Assembly: GCA_951406725.2 (NCBI GenBank)
Contig: OX597825.1
Coordinates: 19,344,001-19,408,000 of the forward strand
Direction of reading: 5' to 3'
From: Octopus vulgaris
Lineage: Eukaryota
Length of the DNA stretch: 64,000 nucleotides
The notes below the pieces were generated by a model. That model did not search any database and was not told where the DNA came from. It saw nothing but the letters and a program-made list of their open reading frames with translations. Positions within the stretch are counted from its first letter, which is position 1. The number at the start of each line of letters is the position of its first letter. Of the stretch, positions 24,961 through 39,445 are shown in pieces. Made by a program: the position numbers and the translations under genes.

Positions 24961-25449
24961 GCATATTAAATGTATTTATATGCATATATATGCGTGTGTG
25001 TTTGTGTTTGTGTTTGAGTGTGTGTATATCCCGTGCGTGTGTGTGTGCATGCGTATGTGTGTGTGCCTACGCGTGTATTTAAAGATTTTGATTTTGCTGG
25101 CTTCGTACATGATGTTGGAAAGATATGAATTAAAGAGTGTTTACGTTCCATTTGGTTGTAGGTATTTTATTTTCATTCTTTCAGGTTCGGTCTATAAATC
25201 AATGACTTCAAGCTGAAGATAGATAGACGAGACACAAAGATAAGCCAAGTAAAGTTGAAAGTTCTACTGGTGGAGCATGAAACTGAATATCTAAACTTAA
25301 ATCAATGACAAACAATGGGGATACGATGATAAATATAGAGGAGGAAAATTTACATAATTACTTATATTAATAAAGACATGTACAGAATTATATATGTATA
25401 TACATACATAAATACATATATACATACACACATACACGCACTCATATGC

Positions 25450-25563
25450 ATATGCCTTTGACATACGATATAACAACATGGACGCCAAACTGAAGAAGTT
25501 TATAAAGAGTAAAAATAACCACGATACGTTTGTGTATATTGCGTATGTTTATACATATGTATA

Positions 25564-25616
<53 letters not shown>

Positions 25617-25746
25617 GCATACACACACATATAAATATGCCTTTGACATACCATATAACAACATGGACACCGAGTTGAAGAAGTTTATAAAGAATAAAAC
25701 TAACCACGATACGTTTGTGTATATTCTGTATGTTTATACATATGTG
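25450..25746 (+). repeat. Tandem duplication, ~186-bp period
   Basis: atatgcctttgacatac..acaacatggac..gaagaagtttataaaga..aaccacgatacgtttgtgtatatt occurs twice. Confidence 0.9.
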
Positions 25747-25975
25747 TATCTATGTTTGCATATATATGTATATATATATATATATATGTGCACACACACT
25801 CATATATATATACATACATATACACTTATACTTATATTTGCATATATATGTATATGTGCATATCTTTGTACGTGTGTGTACATATATATATATATACATA
25901 CATATATATATATACATATATATACATTTATATATATATATATATATATATAGATAGATAGATATACATACATAG

Positions 25976-26026
<51 letters not shown>

Positions 26027-26357
26027 TATGCTTATACATATACAAATGAAGTCTGCGTTAGTACATATAATACCATGAAGACAAAGTTATGAGGTTTGTG
26101 TAATTTAAAAATAACTGAGACTTCACTCCAAATAGTCAGTGGCACGTCTCCCGAAAGTTACTTGTGTGTCTAATTGTATTAGAGGAGGTAAGATAAGTTC
26201 TGTATTTGAAATAACAATAGTGAAGGAGGGAAATAGGAGAGCAATTATTATTAAATTTGTTCAATTTAAATAAAAATTTTGTTAGACATGGCTTCAGGAG
26301 GAGGCACATACAAATGAACACACAAGCATGCACACTTGTATACACACATAAACACAA

Positions 26358-26393
<36 letters not shown>

Positions 26394-26428
26394 GTGTGTC
26401 TGTCCGTATAAGTATATATATATGTATG

Positions 26429-26472
<44 letters not shown>

Positions 26473-26551
26473 AGTCAAATGTAAAGTTTAAGAATTAAGG
26501 CTAAGAAAATACGTGTTAAACACAGTATCGAAACCTTATTTATATATATAT

Positions 26552-26639
<88 letters not shown>

Positions 26640-26820
26640 TTTATGTATATATATAAATATATATGTACGTAAGTATTTATGTATATTTCCAGATACCCAT
26701 ATAGGTATATATGCGTTTGTATATTTGAGAATATATACGTATAAACATTAATAAACATATGTAGTATTGTATTCTTTGTATGCAAATAAATTCATGCATA
26801 TATGCACACTCACATCTATA

Positions 26821-26868
<48 letters not shown>

Positions 26869-27402
26869 CACACTCCATGTATATGTATGTGTTTGTGCGT
26901 GTGTATGCTTGCATGTATGTTTGTGCTAAGATATGAGTATATGTGAATTTATGATCAGGCATCTGTATATTCCTGCATTAACATCTACAAAGTTCTAGAT
27001 AGCTCTTAGCACAACAAGAACAGAAAAAGTTCATGTCATACACGAATGTTCAGAACACGTTTTGTCGGAATTGAACAGGATTCTGTCCATTTCTGATACG
27101 TTTTATATTTATATAAGTACGTGTCTCAATCAATAACTATTTAACTTTTCTCAATAGCAAAGTTTTGAAATTTACTCGGTGGTTTCTCTACATGGAAATA
27201 ACTTCCTCTCTCTATCGATTTAAGCTCTGAAGAATTGTTACTGGGAATCCATGAGTCTTAATTCACGATACTAATACAATGCTTGCTTTATAACTCTTGC
27301 TACTTGCAACCTGCTTACTGGTGGTGCCCCAGCATGGCCACAGCCTCAAGGCTCAAACATATAAGACAATAAAAAATATACATACATCATATATATATAA
27401 AC

Positions 27403-27613
27403 ATGTGATCTCTTGAGCACCACCAGCTCAAATATTTTTTCCTCTGTCTTCCCTTCTTGGGATCTTTCCTTCTCCTTGTTTCCGACGAAGAGCTCCGCTC
27501 GAAACGTTAAACCTTCCTCCCCTTCTTTCCTGAGCGTCAATAATACTTTACTTGTTCCACGTCCTGCGTTGCTGTGTTTTTCTTCTCTTTTTTCGGTGTT
27601 TTCTTGTTTGGAT

Positions 27614-27618
<5 letters not shown>
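27403..27618 (+). mobile_element. Family P1 element (hammerhead core CCGACGA variant)
   Basis: 27478-27512 reads gttt CCGACGA agagctccgctc GAAA cg TT aaac; ends ttggattaact followed by (TA)n. Confidence 0.75.
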
Positions 27619-27668
<50 letters not shown>

Positions 27669-27670
<2 letters not shown>

Positions 27671-28065
27671 AGTGGCTGTGTTTTAAGTAACTTGCTTACC
27701 AATCACATGGCTCCGGGTTCAGTCCCACTGCGTGGCAACTTGGGCAAGTTTCTTCTACTATAGCCTCGGGCCAACCAAAGCCTTGTGAGTGGATTTGGTA
27801 GATGGAAACTGAAAGAAGCCCGTCGTATATATGTATACATATATATATTTGTGTATGTGTTTGTGTGTCTGTATATGTCCCCCCCCCAACATTGCTTGAC
27901 AAACGATGCTGGTGAGTTTACGTCCCCGTAACTTAGCGATTCGGCAAAAGAGACCGATAGAATAAGTACAAGGCTTACAAAGAATAAGTCCTGTGGTCGA
28001 TTTGCTCGCCTAAAGGCGGTGCTCCAGCATGGCCGCAGTCAAATGCCTAAAACAAATAAAAGAGT
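27669..28065 (+). mobile_element. SINE family A copy
   Basis: Full head-to-tail match to other copies. Confidence 0.9.
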
Positions 28066-28468
28066 AACGAGCATATACATATGCAAATTGAGTTGTTACA
28101 TATATCCGTTCGTTATATTTAGTGTGGAGGTTTGGAGGTTCCTTTCTGCTAGCAAAGTTAATAATATATTCCCCATTGCTCAAAACGTCTTTGCAACATT
28201 CGATGAGCTAGAAATTACCAGGTCTTGATTTGAATAATTCATGAAGTCACGCCTTACAAACTATTGGAAGGTGAAGGGAAATTTTGATAATCTGAAGGCA
28301 ATTTCTAAGAGGAAAATAGTTCGTGTGGGGTAACTTCCTAACTGATAGCATGAATAGCATTTTTGGTGAAATTTATGACGTTTCTGGTACGTGATGTCAC
28401 GTTGAAGGAACGAGTTTTGTCGATGGCGGCGAGCTGTGCAGAAACGTTATACATATATATATATATAT

Positions 28469-28943
28469 AATTTACAATAACCATTATAATTTATGCGTCT
28501 CGTAACAAACCGATAAAAATTTCTAAAAATCCGTTATTACCGTATTGGTCCCAACTTCGGGGTTAATTCATAAGAATTTTCCCCTCTTCAGCGATACATT
28601 TGCTCATGACATGGTGCTTGCTTTTTCCATGGGTATGAGTAAGTATTTCACTTATATCTCACGTATTTATCGCTGAAGTGGGGAAAATTGTTATGAATTA
28701 AGCCCGAAATTGGGACCAATACAGTAATAACGGATTTTTAGAAATTTCTATTGGTTTGTTTCGAGACGCATAAATTATAAAGGTTATTGACAATTTTTGT
28801 CTTTTTTTCGGCATATTTGGCATTATAATTTTTCTTTTGCCCTCATTTTGTAAATTATTTATAAATTTAACCTTGAAAGGTATTTTTTGATATGCTGGCC
28901 ATTGATAAAATTTTTTTCCGAAAAAGATTTTATCCTACATTAG

Positions 28944-28945
<2 letters not shown>
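28469..28945. mobile_element. (TA)n-flanked element with 122-bp inverted arms carrying a hammerhead-like core (Penelope-like inverted terminal repeat?)
   Basis: Arms 28475-28596 and 28668-28789; each has ctgaag(a/t)gggg..aatt..aatt..ccc gaa; right arm runs on to (TA)n. Confidence 0.65.
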
Positions 28946-29007
<62 letters not shown>

Positions 29008-30269
29008 TTACTTCAGTTCACATCTATTCATGAGTCGGCTGAACGGTTCATTCATAGGATGACTATGAAGGAGTGAAGCTAGACCTTTGAAATCTTGCAT
29101 GCAACTCTCCGTATTAACAACTGTATTGTTTGCTTCCAGATATATTCAAAAACAAGTGCAAGTATATGGCGAAAAAATTATAGGGAATTTTGACACAGTA
29201 ATGAAATTTTCTTTCCCGTTTCTTTGTCTCTCTCTTCCCCTCTCTAGTTCTGTGTAAATGTATATATACAGTGGACAAGTATATATGCATGTGCTTCAAC
29301 TGATTTGAAGTGGCTCCTAAATACACAACAATCCAATAAGCATTCATTTATAACAATAGTGATGAACTCCATGTATCAAAACACTGAATTCTGGTTTTAT
29401 TTTTTTTTATTCAACGTATATTGTATATGAATATTTCACAATAGACTTCGTCACAGCTCATAAATACATTTTCCTGGATACTATAGTCATACATTTCACC
29501 TGACCTGTTTTACTTCATATGAATGTCCTGGGTTATTTAATCCACAATTCATAAATGGCTTTATACCAGTTAAATGATAATGTGCTGATAAGACCAACTC
29601 TGTTGTTATACCTTGATATTTTTCTTTTTTTTTTACCGTAAATTAACATCGAAATCAGAATTGATTCGCACGTTGCCTGATCGAAGTTGACCTAATCTTC
29701 CTCATTGCGTAATGCATTCGATTTTTGCTCCAAATCATTGTATGCAATACTACCAAAACTATAGAATTTGTCTGGTTGCTGTATTTATTAGAATTAGTAA
29801 CTATCTATTCCCCATCATTGCCTCATCCTAATCTTGTGCATTTTTATTTTCACTTGTCATTAACAGGTCTTTGATCTCAAGGATCTGAAAATTTCAGAAA
29901 TATCTGTTCATTTTCATTGATTCAATGAGAATATTGTGATTGGAAAAATTAACAGGAAATTAAACAGTAATTGCTTAATGTTAAATTGAGATTCAAAATC
30001 GCATTAATAATGTAATTGTTTTATTTATGTTATCCCTTTTAATATTAGTCTTAGCATGTCAATAACAGTTATATATGACATTTATTAGAAATATGAGTTT
30101 ATTAATCAACTCATGAAATCGTTTTGCTATTAATATTAGATAAACTGACGTTGATACACACGCTTACACACACACACACACAAAACGCTTATACATCCAT
30201 TCATATATTAACTTATATGAGTGTGTGTTCGAGTGTGTGTGTGTAATATTATGTAATATATACTGAATA

Positions 30270-30322
30270 TAGATAGACAGGCAGACAGTCAGACAAGCAG
30301 GCAGACAGACAGATAGACAAAC

Positions 30323-30377
<55 letters not shown>

Positions 30378-30430
30378 CAGAGAGATAGATAGAGAGAGAA
30401 ACAGACAGACAGACAGACAAACAGTTAGAC

Positions 30431-30463
<33 letters not shown>

Positions 30464-30518
30464 TATAGATAGATAGATATATATAGACAAATAGACAGAC
30501 AGATAGACAGACTGATAT

Positions 30519-30587
<69 letters not shown>

Positions 30588-30740
30588 TATTAGATAGACA
30601 GACAGACATATATTAGATAGATAGATAGACAGACAGATGTTAGATAGATAGACAGACAGACAGATATTAGATAAATAGATAGTTAAATAGATAGATAGAT
30701 GGATGGATGGTGGATCGGTGGATGGATGGATGGATGGATG

Positions 30741-30811
<71 letters not shown>
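30270..30811. repeat. (GATA/GACA/GATG)n compound microsatellite
   Basis: Directly visible. Confidence 0.95.
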
Positions 30812-30814
<3 letters not shown>

Positions 30815-31399
30815 GTTGTGTCGCCAATTGTTATGACAATCTTCTTTTACACTATAACCGTGTAGCAACAATAAAATGTATAACAATGCAGTGTAGCAAC
30901 AACGTAAAAATTCATAACACTTTCCACAAACTATACACTTACCAACAAACCAAGAAAAGATATTCCGGCAAACTACCAAAAAGACATCTTACGACTTCCT
31001 GCGATTAATTTCTGTCTCACTCATACTCTTCTCTCTATTTTATTCAGACCGCTTGTATTCATGGTTGCTTTTAAGTTTAGGTGACCGCAACTACATACTT
31101 CCGGCAATTTGGTAAAGCTATTAACAATGATCAAGTAATGTACCCTGGATCACGGATTATATCTGAGGCCACGATTGGCATTTCACCGGTGGTGCCTTGG
31201 CTACTAGCGCACAACTTCTAAATGATTTCATCAAATTTTCAGTATCCCGGTCCAGAGTGGCCAAAACACTCAACCCCTCATCAAAGCTTTCATTCTTACA
31301 TCTCCGGATTAAACAATACCTTATATTTCTTTCATCATTCTTCTCATCACCAGATAGTGTTAATCTAAATGCATATGTATATATCACATTCAAAATGTG

Positions 31400-31574
31400 A
31401 CCACGTGTGTACCGTTGGCGATTTTTTTCCCTCTGTCTTCCCTTCTCTGGATCTTTCCAGGAACGTTAAACCCTCCTTCATTCCTTCTTTCCTGAGCGTA
31501 CAATAATACTATATTTGTTCCACGTCCTCGCATTGTTGTGTTTTTTTGTGCTTTCTTGTTTGGATTAACTAACT
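31400..31574 (+). mobile_element. Family P1 element with hammerhead core deleted
   Basis: Matches 12520-12723 but jumps from ggatctttcc to aacgttaaaccc. Confidence 0.75.
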
Positions 31575-32806
31575 ATATATATACATATATATATATATAT
31601 GTATGTATACGTGTGTATGCGTTGCTACGTTCACCTTGGTACTCTTCAAATTGCTGAAGTTGTTGCTTGTTGTAGTCTACTTCCCGCCAGCCTTTTAAAA
31701 ACATAGTATCATAGTATTGCTAATTGGTGAGGATTGGTCATAATTGCAACTCATTAGCTTAGGTGTGGTATTTTACTTTTTGTCGTAGTATGTCAGCATC
31801 AGTTCGACCGTGATTAAGCAGTCTTATGATTAAAATATATTCCAACTGAAACGATGACTCGTACCTTTTTCTACGCTTAGTTTACCCGGAATATCCAATC
31901 AATGTGGCCTTTCTTTTGAAGATTAAACTCTGTTACTTAAAAGAGAACTGTTGCATATTTGTACCAGCTCTTACAATCACCTAGAGCCTCCGTTGCAGAC
32001 TTGTAATTAGTCTAAATCTATACCTGCGAAATATATATGACACATTCTTAAACTGTAGCATGGGCTGCGCATGTTTCCTCATAGACGTATTGACATACAA
32101 GTAATTGATATATAGTCCCAACCCGTTAACAGTGAGTCATTAATTTGTATTGATATTTGTAATTATAACCTCACTTCTCAGCCATAAATGTATCAAAGAA
32201 ACATCGAATATTGACTATAAAATATATGCGCTTCTACCTTGAAAGAAGTGATTGTACTGCTATGAAAATATGGCAGGAATACTTAGTATAAAGAAATGAA
32301 AATTCGTCATAAAGCAATTGTCTTGTTTTTGATGCTGATGTTAAACAGGCTTGAAATCACATTCGTCATCCTTTTCTCTTTACTTAAATTATTGTATTCT
32401 AGACTTCCCTGTTATGTTTCTTTTTCCTATGTTAAGACAGAAGTTTGTGATGCAAAATATATATTTGGCTTCTCTCTGAGTAATATGCGTTGAAATACAA
32501 ACTCTAAGACAACTGGTTTCCAGAAATGTTTCTGAAATATTCTAAACAATTTTAGTAATGAGGTATGTCCCTCATTTTTGCATTACTAAGTGCCCTAATT
32601 TTATAACATACTATAAAATAAACAAAGTTCAAAGATAAAAAAGCGTATCGGTATCGCAAATTGAGAGGTTGCTTGATGTATCTGAAGAAATAATAGCAAA
32701 AATTTCTTAAATTATATATAGCATGAAGAACTGAAAGAAGCGGTCTGAAGTCGACAATAAATTTGGCTGAAGGCCATCATCAGGTTACTGTAAATATAAA
32801 CATATA

Positions 32807-32991
32807 GGTGCAGGAGTGGCTGTGTGGTAAGTAGTTTGCTTACCAACTACATGGTTCCGGGTTCAATCCCAGTACGTGGCACCTTAGGCAAGTGTCTTCT
32901 ACTTTAGCCTCGGGCCTACCAAAGCCTTGTGAGTGGATTTGGTAGACGGAAACTGAAAGAAGCCCGTCGTATATATATATATATGTATATC

Positions 32992-33034
<43 letters not shown>

Positions 33035-33233
33035 TGTGTATCTGTTTGCCCCCCAACATCGTTTGACAACCTATGCTGGTGTGTTTAGGTCCCCGTAACT
33101 TAGCGGTTCGGCAAAAGAGACCGATAGAATAAATACTAGGCTTACAAAGAATAAGTCCTGGGGTCGATTTGATTCGACTAAAGGCGGTGCTCCAGCACGG
33201 CCGCAGTCAGATGACTAAAACAAGTAAAAGAGT
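32807..33233 (+). mobile_element. SINE family A copy
   Basis: Full head-to-tail match; B box gggttcaatccc. Confidence 0.9.
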
Positions 33234-33909
33234 ATTTGATTAGATATACACATGATAACCTTTTGTCTATATGTCACCACAACGAAGCAGAAATCACTTG
33301 TTGAAGAAGAGAGATATTTCCTCGATTGTGAGTCGATGGCACTCAGAAAAATCCGATGATATATAACTTTTCAAATCCTCTCTGTAACAGACATGTATCC
33401 ATGGTCAAAACTGTTATCTCATATTGTATCTATCGAACACACCGATCTACATAGTGCTTTAAAATAATAAATAAACACTAAAACCGTTGTGTTTCCTTTA
33501 GGAAATACATTAACGATCCGTCCAAATGCTGTTTAACTTTAAACTATACATGTTATGTGTAAACCTCAAAAACGGTAACACCGTATGAACTATTGGCACT
33601 TCGAACGGTAGTTCGACATGAGATTCTCGATATAAAAATACAATATATGAAAGCAGCGATATTTGATAAATAACTTTATGTCATAAACCGCCTTCTCAGA
33701 AATATCGATGGAAGAAACCAACAATATTTTCCAGATCTATAGGCAAGAAGGTTGTGAAAAGAACTTCACTTGTATTTCCTATAATATTCATGTCTCTTAG
33801 GATAACATGCAAAAAAAGAATTGACTTGTAAATACAAAAACATAAACATGAGCATACACGTGCACAAGTACATACTCACGTAGGTATTCATTCATACAAA
33901 CATATATAT

Positions 33910-34104
33910 ATATGAGTAAAACTCTCTTTTTCATGGAACACGTGTGTGTGCATGTGTGTGCGTATATATAGGTATGCATGTATGAAAATATATAAAGATA
34001 CATTCACATACACAGACAAACACACACACACACAAACACACATACACACATATATATCAGTAAAACTCTCTTTTGCATGGAACACGTATGTGTGCATGTT
34101 TGAG

Positions 34105-34176
<72 letters not shown>

Positions 34177-34215
34177 AAGATATATAAAGATACGTTCACA
34201 CACATACACACATAA
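33910..34215 (+). repeat. Tandem duplication with microsatellite spacers
   Basis: agtaaaactctctttt..catggaacacgt and gtatgaa.atatataaagatac.ttcaca each occur twice. Confidence 0.8.
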
Positions 34216-35624
34216 AAAACACATACACACACATATATATGTAGGTGCTCATCTACGGACATTCACACACACATGCATATACACACATATGTATATAAAT
34301 CTTTTATGTAATGTCATTAAATTTATATTATCTATGCAAGCGTGCTTGTATATAATATGCTCGTGTGTATACATACATACATACATACATACATACATAC
34401 ATACATACGTAAATACAATATATGTCGAAAATAAGCCGTCAGTCATAATATATTACACAAAATTATAAAGGGAAGGAAAATAGCAGCTAAAGCAACAATT
34501 GTTAATGTATCTATGTATGTATATATGTGTATATGTGTAGGTCTGTATGTATGTATGTATATATGTAGCTATGTAAGTATGTATCTATGTATGTATGTAT
34601 GTATGTAGGTAGGTAGGTAGGTACGTAGGTAGGTAGGTAGGTAGGTAGGATGCTCTTAGACATTCGACAAGAAAGGAAATGACTAGCCACGAAAAGAAAA
34701 AGTTGTTGAAAATATTTGAAATAAGGAACATTTGCATGTTATACATCCTACCTTTTGAATAGATACAGTATGACGTACGTATGCCTAGAGCTCTGCAGAT
34801 TTAAATAGAAAGGTATTAAAAAAACACTTTTGATTTCATGTCACCCAAAGCTATGGTAGAAAGACGATATCTTTCTCAAAGAGAAAGTCTCTTTATTGCA
34901 CTGATATTTGTAGAGATTGCTGTTCCGTTTGAAGTTTACGTAAGTTTTTCCAAAGATTCCTCTCAGAGAACATATTACCAAATGACTTGAAATCTGGTAA
35001 CAATCAACTCAAAGTTTTAACTCTTACAACGTACTTCAAGTCATGGAATTCTACTATTCGAAATAGTTCAAAAGATGTACGGAGGACGAAAAATAAGAAA
35101 ATATTGCAAGTAAAATGGCTGAATTTTAAACTAAAACAAGTTAAAGCTCCAATGGTTTGAAACGTTAAAGCTCCGTGGTTTGAAACGTTCGCTGCGAAAA
35201 ATAAATGTATATTCTTCTTGGTCAAAATATGATAATGTCGTAAATTTATTTGTTATGAAGTCTGCAATTGACGATGGCTCGTGTTGTCACTAGAAGAGCA
35301 GCAATTATAATTTCGCAAATACTACAAACTGATGAACGCAAACACATATATATATATAATCATTAGAGATATAAGGTGAACAATTATTAATTTAATAAAA
35401 TCAACAAATTTCACCTAGTAGTTTTTCGGTATGGAAAAGACCATATTCTGTAAAAACTTATATAAAAAGTTGTTTTTTTATATATAATTATAACAATAAG
35501 TGTTTAGCCACAAGTTGCTTGACCACATACCGAAAATCTTAGAAATAGCAGTCAAAAGACTACTATTTCTTTTTCTACAAAAATATGTCTCCACAGACAA
35601 CAATATTTGTAACTCACACATATG

Positions 35625-35669
35625 AGCCTTATGAGAGGATTTGTTAGACAGAAACTGAAAGAAGCCCGT

Positions 35670-35729
<60 letters not shown>

Positions 35730-36010
35730 TGTTTCTCTCCGTATGCAAGCGTTCTTTTGTTCTTTTATTTGTTTCAGTCATTTGACTGCGGCCATGCTAG
35801 GGCACTGCTTTTAGTTGAGCAAATCGACCCCAGAACTTATTCTTTGTAAACATATACATACATACATGTATGTATGTAAGTATGTATTTATGTATGTATA
35901 TGTTTCTGTGTCTGTGTTTGCCCCCCCCCCTTCATCGCTTGACAGCCGATGCTGGTGTGATTACGTCCCTCACTTAGCGGTTTGGCAAGAGTGACCGATA
36001 GAATGAATAC
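35625..36010. mobile_element. Rearranged SINE family A (tail inverted)
   Basis: Head part on +, tail on minus at ~35752-35848, body on + at ~35880-36010. Confidence 0.75.
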
Positions 36011-36127
36011 ACGTTTCCCTTGTAGAGGGGGATTTCAACCGAAATATTCAAAGAAAGTATATATTATTAATTCTAACCGTGCATTGCAAGGGCAACTCAT
36101 TATATTTCTTAAAACTAAATTCTGCCT

Positions 36128-36338
36128 GTGGAGGTACATGGCCTAGTGGTTAGAGCAGCGGATTTGCGATCGCGGGATCTCGAGTTCGAATCTCTGACTG
36201 CGGCTCCGGCAGAAGGTAATGGCGAACCTCTGCTGGCTCTTTCGCCACAACTTTCTCTCACTCCTTCTTCCTGCATCTTGCAGCTCACCTGCGAAAGACC
36301 GGCGTCCCTTCCAGGTGGGAAACCTATAGGCTCCACAA
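36128..36338 (+). mobile_element. SINE family C-type head with different tail
   Basis: gtggaggtacatggcctagtggttagagc, gagttcgaatctc; shares ctctttcgccacaactttctctcactc with the 11348 copy. Confidence 0.75.
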
Positions 36339-38283
36339 GAATTAAAAAGAAGAAATTCTGCTTAAATTGCAATTGAAGCCGTTTACAAGGTAGGTGCCAA
36401 TTCAGCATACTTCTTAAATATACATTCTTCTGCAACAGGTTAAAGTATGTTGTGGGCGGTAATATAAAGTTCATAGGTGGGCTGTTAATTGTGTATAGTA
36501 TGGCTGCAGTTATTGGACGAATCGACATCAGTAATAATTCTTTAAGCCTGCTACTGCTACTTGTTCTATTGTTATCTTCTACTGAACTGCCAGGTTACAG
36601 AAACGTAAACAAACCAACACTTGATGTCAAACGGTCGTAGGTACAGACACGCACACACACACACATACACATGAGATTACTAATGTTTCCCTAACAGTGT
36701 AGACAATCTGCAATTCTCTGTATTCTTTACTACTGCATCTCTAGTAATGCAATACCTTATTTTTTGGCCCCAAAGACAACTCAAAGCTTGGATATTCAGA
36801 TCAGCAATTAAAATATCGCGATGCCATTTATTGAGGTACAGCTTCTTATACTTAGCTGACCTGTAACATTGCGAATGGTGCATACTTATTATACTAGACT
36901 GCACATAAACGTGTTCCTGAAACCTGTGTTGCTCAAATATTCCAGTATATTTATCATAGTTAGTCTGTGAACATCTATATTAGCACTGGTGGCAGCTCAA
37001 TGTTGGCGAAACACAAAAAGAAAGCGAGTAGATTCTCTTCAAAACTGCAGATACTTTTCACACATCTTGGCCTAAGACGACGTTAACAATATCTAGTAAA
37101 AACATAGCATGTTATAAAAGAAAGTTATAGCGTGAAACCGTAGGGCTACAATGGTCGTCAGATTTCGGAAGATACTTGGCTATGTTCTATGGAAGACTAT
37201 ACTAGTTATTTTAAATGACACATGCATATAGTCTACATTCTATAATGGAGCTATCCTCCACAGACTGCATTCTCGCTTTGTATACAATTATGTAATAAAT
37301 TTAAGATGCCACCGATTTATAGAATCTCATATAATACAACTACAAAAAATGTTTTGAGAAATATATCGCTATCATCATTCTCTTTTTTGTTATTTTCGAT
37401 TAGAGCGCATTCAACCTCTGGTGGCGTACTCAAATTTTTATCGAGTTATACGGTACTTAGTAATTTCAGTAAGGTTTCACATTTCTAAACACCTGAAAAG
37501 CATCCATATCTCACATATACATCCAAGTAAATACAGGAAGCATTTATACTAGTAACTAAACAGCTTTAACAAATTATAAATTTATAATATTTGAACAGAA
37601 CGAATTTCTTAAGTGTTTTGGAGGAAGTTGAAAAATATTTTCTGCACCAGATCAATACAGATTTATATATACATATTCACGCGCATAAAAATACACAAAT
37701 ACATTCATATATCACCAAACACTATTCAGCTTCCAGGTCGACGTATTTTAGAAAAATAACATTTTTATAGTCTTCGTTCATTTAGATTTCAGTTCATTTA
37801 ACTAGGTTATTGATAACGTCCTAGTTCATTTTCACACTTGACCGATTATTGGCGTCCATTCATTTAACTATTTTATACGATAAATCATTCGTACTGTATT
37901 TCATTTATTTAATTTAAAATGTTTCTCAGATATTTTATTAACTAATTTGAATATATAATACACGTACTTTTCTTTCTTTTCGTCTTGCTGCAATTCTTTC
38001 TTCTCCTCCACATCTGGCATCGATGTTTACATTTCTTTTCTTATTTGTACTTATTAGATTTCTCCTATCAATTAAAATCAAAATCCCTCGCATTGTAATT
38101 TATCAAGAAAGACAGATTACTCCCTATGCCGAGAGATAAAGAACACCCGAATCTCACAGACCATAAGACACAACTCGCCTCATAACCACTGAGACGAGTA
38201 GAAATTGTTTTCTTTAAATATTTAATTCTTAATTTAATATATATACAGACATACATACGTATATATGCAAAGACACACATGTA

Positions 38284-38319
<36 letters not shown>

Positions 38320-38325
<6 letters not shown>

Positions 38326-38625
38326 TTTGAGGGAATATTATTCCTAACTTACAGGGAAAAATTCAATTTGGAAATACTAAATCAAATTTCACAAAATAAA
38401 ACATATATATATATATATAACTTATATATATATATATTAAAGAATATATTTATTTTAAAAATATTTTTAAGTATATTTATTAATTAATTATTTTATTATT
38501 CTAGTTTATTTTAACCTGATGAGTGGCTATGTTTATATCAAAGTGATTTTATTTATGTAATTTTCTAGATGTTGTAATTTAATTGTTCATTTTGAATAGA
38601 TAAAAGGTGGTTATTCTAATTTATA
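38320..38625 (+). mobile_element. Family P4 element remnants in (TA)n; 5' half of hammerhead core
   Basis: ctgatgagtggctat at ~38516; end ggtggttattctaatttata resembles 12989-13020; 38320-38400 resembles 12780-12860. Confidence 0.5.
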
Positions 38626-39210
38626 TAATATATATATACAAATAGATAGATAGATAGATAGACAGATAGATAGATAGATATATAGCTGGATGGATGGATA
38701 GATAGATAGATAGATAGATACATACATACATACATACATACATACATACATAAATACATACATAGTTGCATATGTGTATTATATTCTTTACGTGATTTTA
38801 TTGTGTATTCCCGAGAAATTTTGTATTTTTTATCTAAGATGGAGATGCACACCATTCCTCCGAGTGATCGGCTTGAAGAATTGTTAGATAGTAAGATATT
38901 TTAGTAACATGAAAGCAAATGTAGCCTTAATACCTAATGCGTTGTTGAGCACTCATTGTCTCCCTTCGACATTTATATATGTGTATATGTGTGTGTGTAT
39001 GTATGTATCTGCTTTTTACGTTTTTACACTGTTCTGTGATACACGATCCCTTTTGAGGGGATTTTTTTTACATGATCCTTTTTGATTGGAATTTTTTCCT
39101 CTTTCTTTTTCTATTTTCTCTTATTTGTTTCGAAAAGAAAAGCTCTGTATTTCGACCCTCCTATGTTCGGCCCTATGTAGCTAATAAAGAAAGTTATCTA
39201 TCTATCTATG

Positions 39211-39279
<69 letters not shown>

Positions 39280-39409
39280 CTTTCTATCTATCTATCTATG
39301 TATCTATCTATATATCTTTCTATCTGTCTATATATCTGTCTTTCAATCTATCTATTTATCTCTCTTTCTATCTATCTTTCTATTTATCTATCTATTTAAC
39401 TATCTCTGT

Positions 39410-39445
<36 letters not shown>

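Noticed and set aside
31157-31393. 78-aa minus-strand ORF of normal composition, faintly like a Tc1 N-terminus or an exon
   Set aside because: No recognisable domain, TIR or partner exon; needs blastx.
32755-32790. Minus-strand CTGATGA-tggc/gcca hairpin
   Set aside because: It lacks GAAA and a closing stem I, so it was not counted as a hammerhead.
39020-39195. Possible LINE 3' UTR ending aataaag before (TCTA)n
   Set aside because: Single copy in the window with no coding remnant to classify it.
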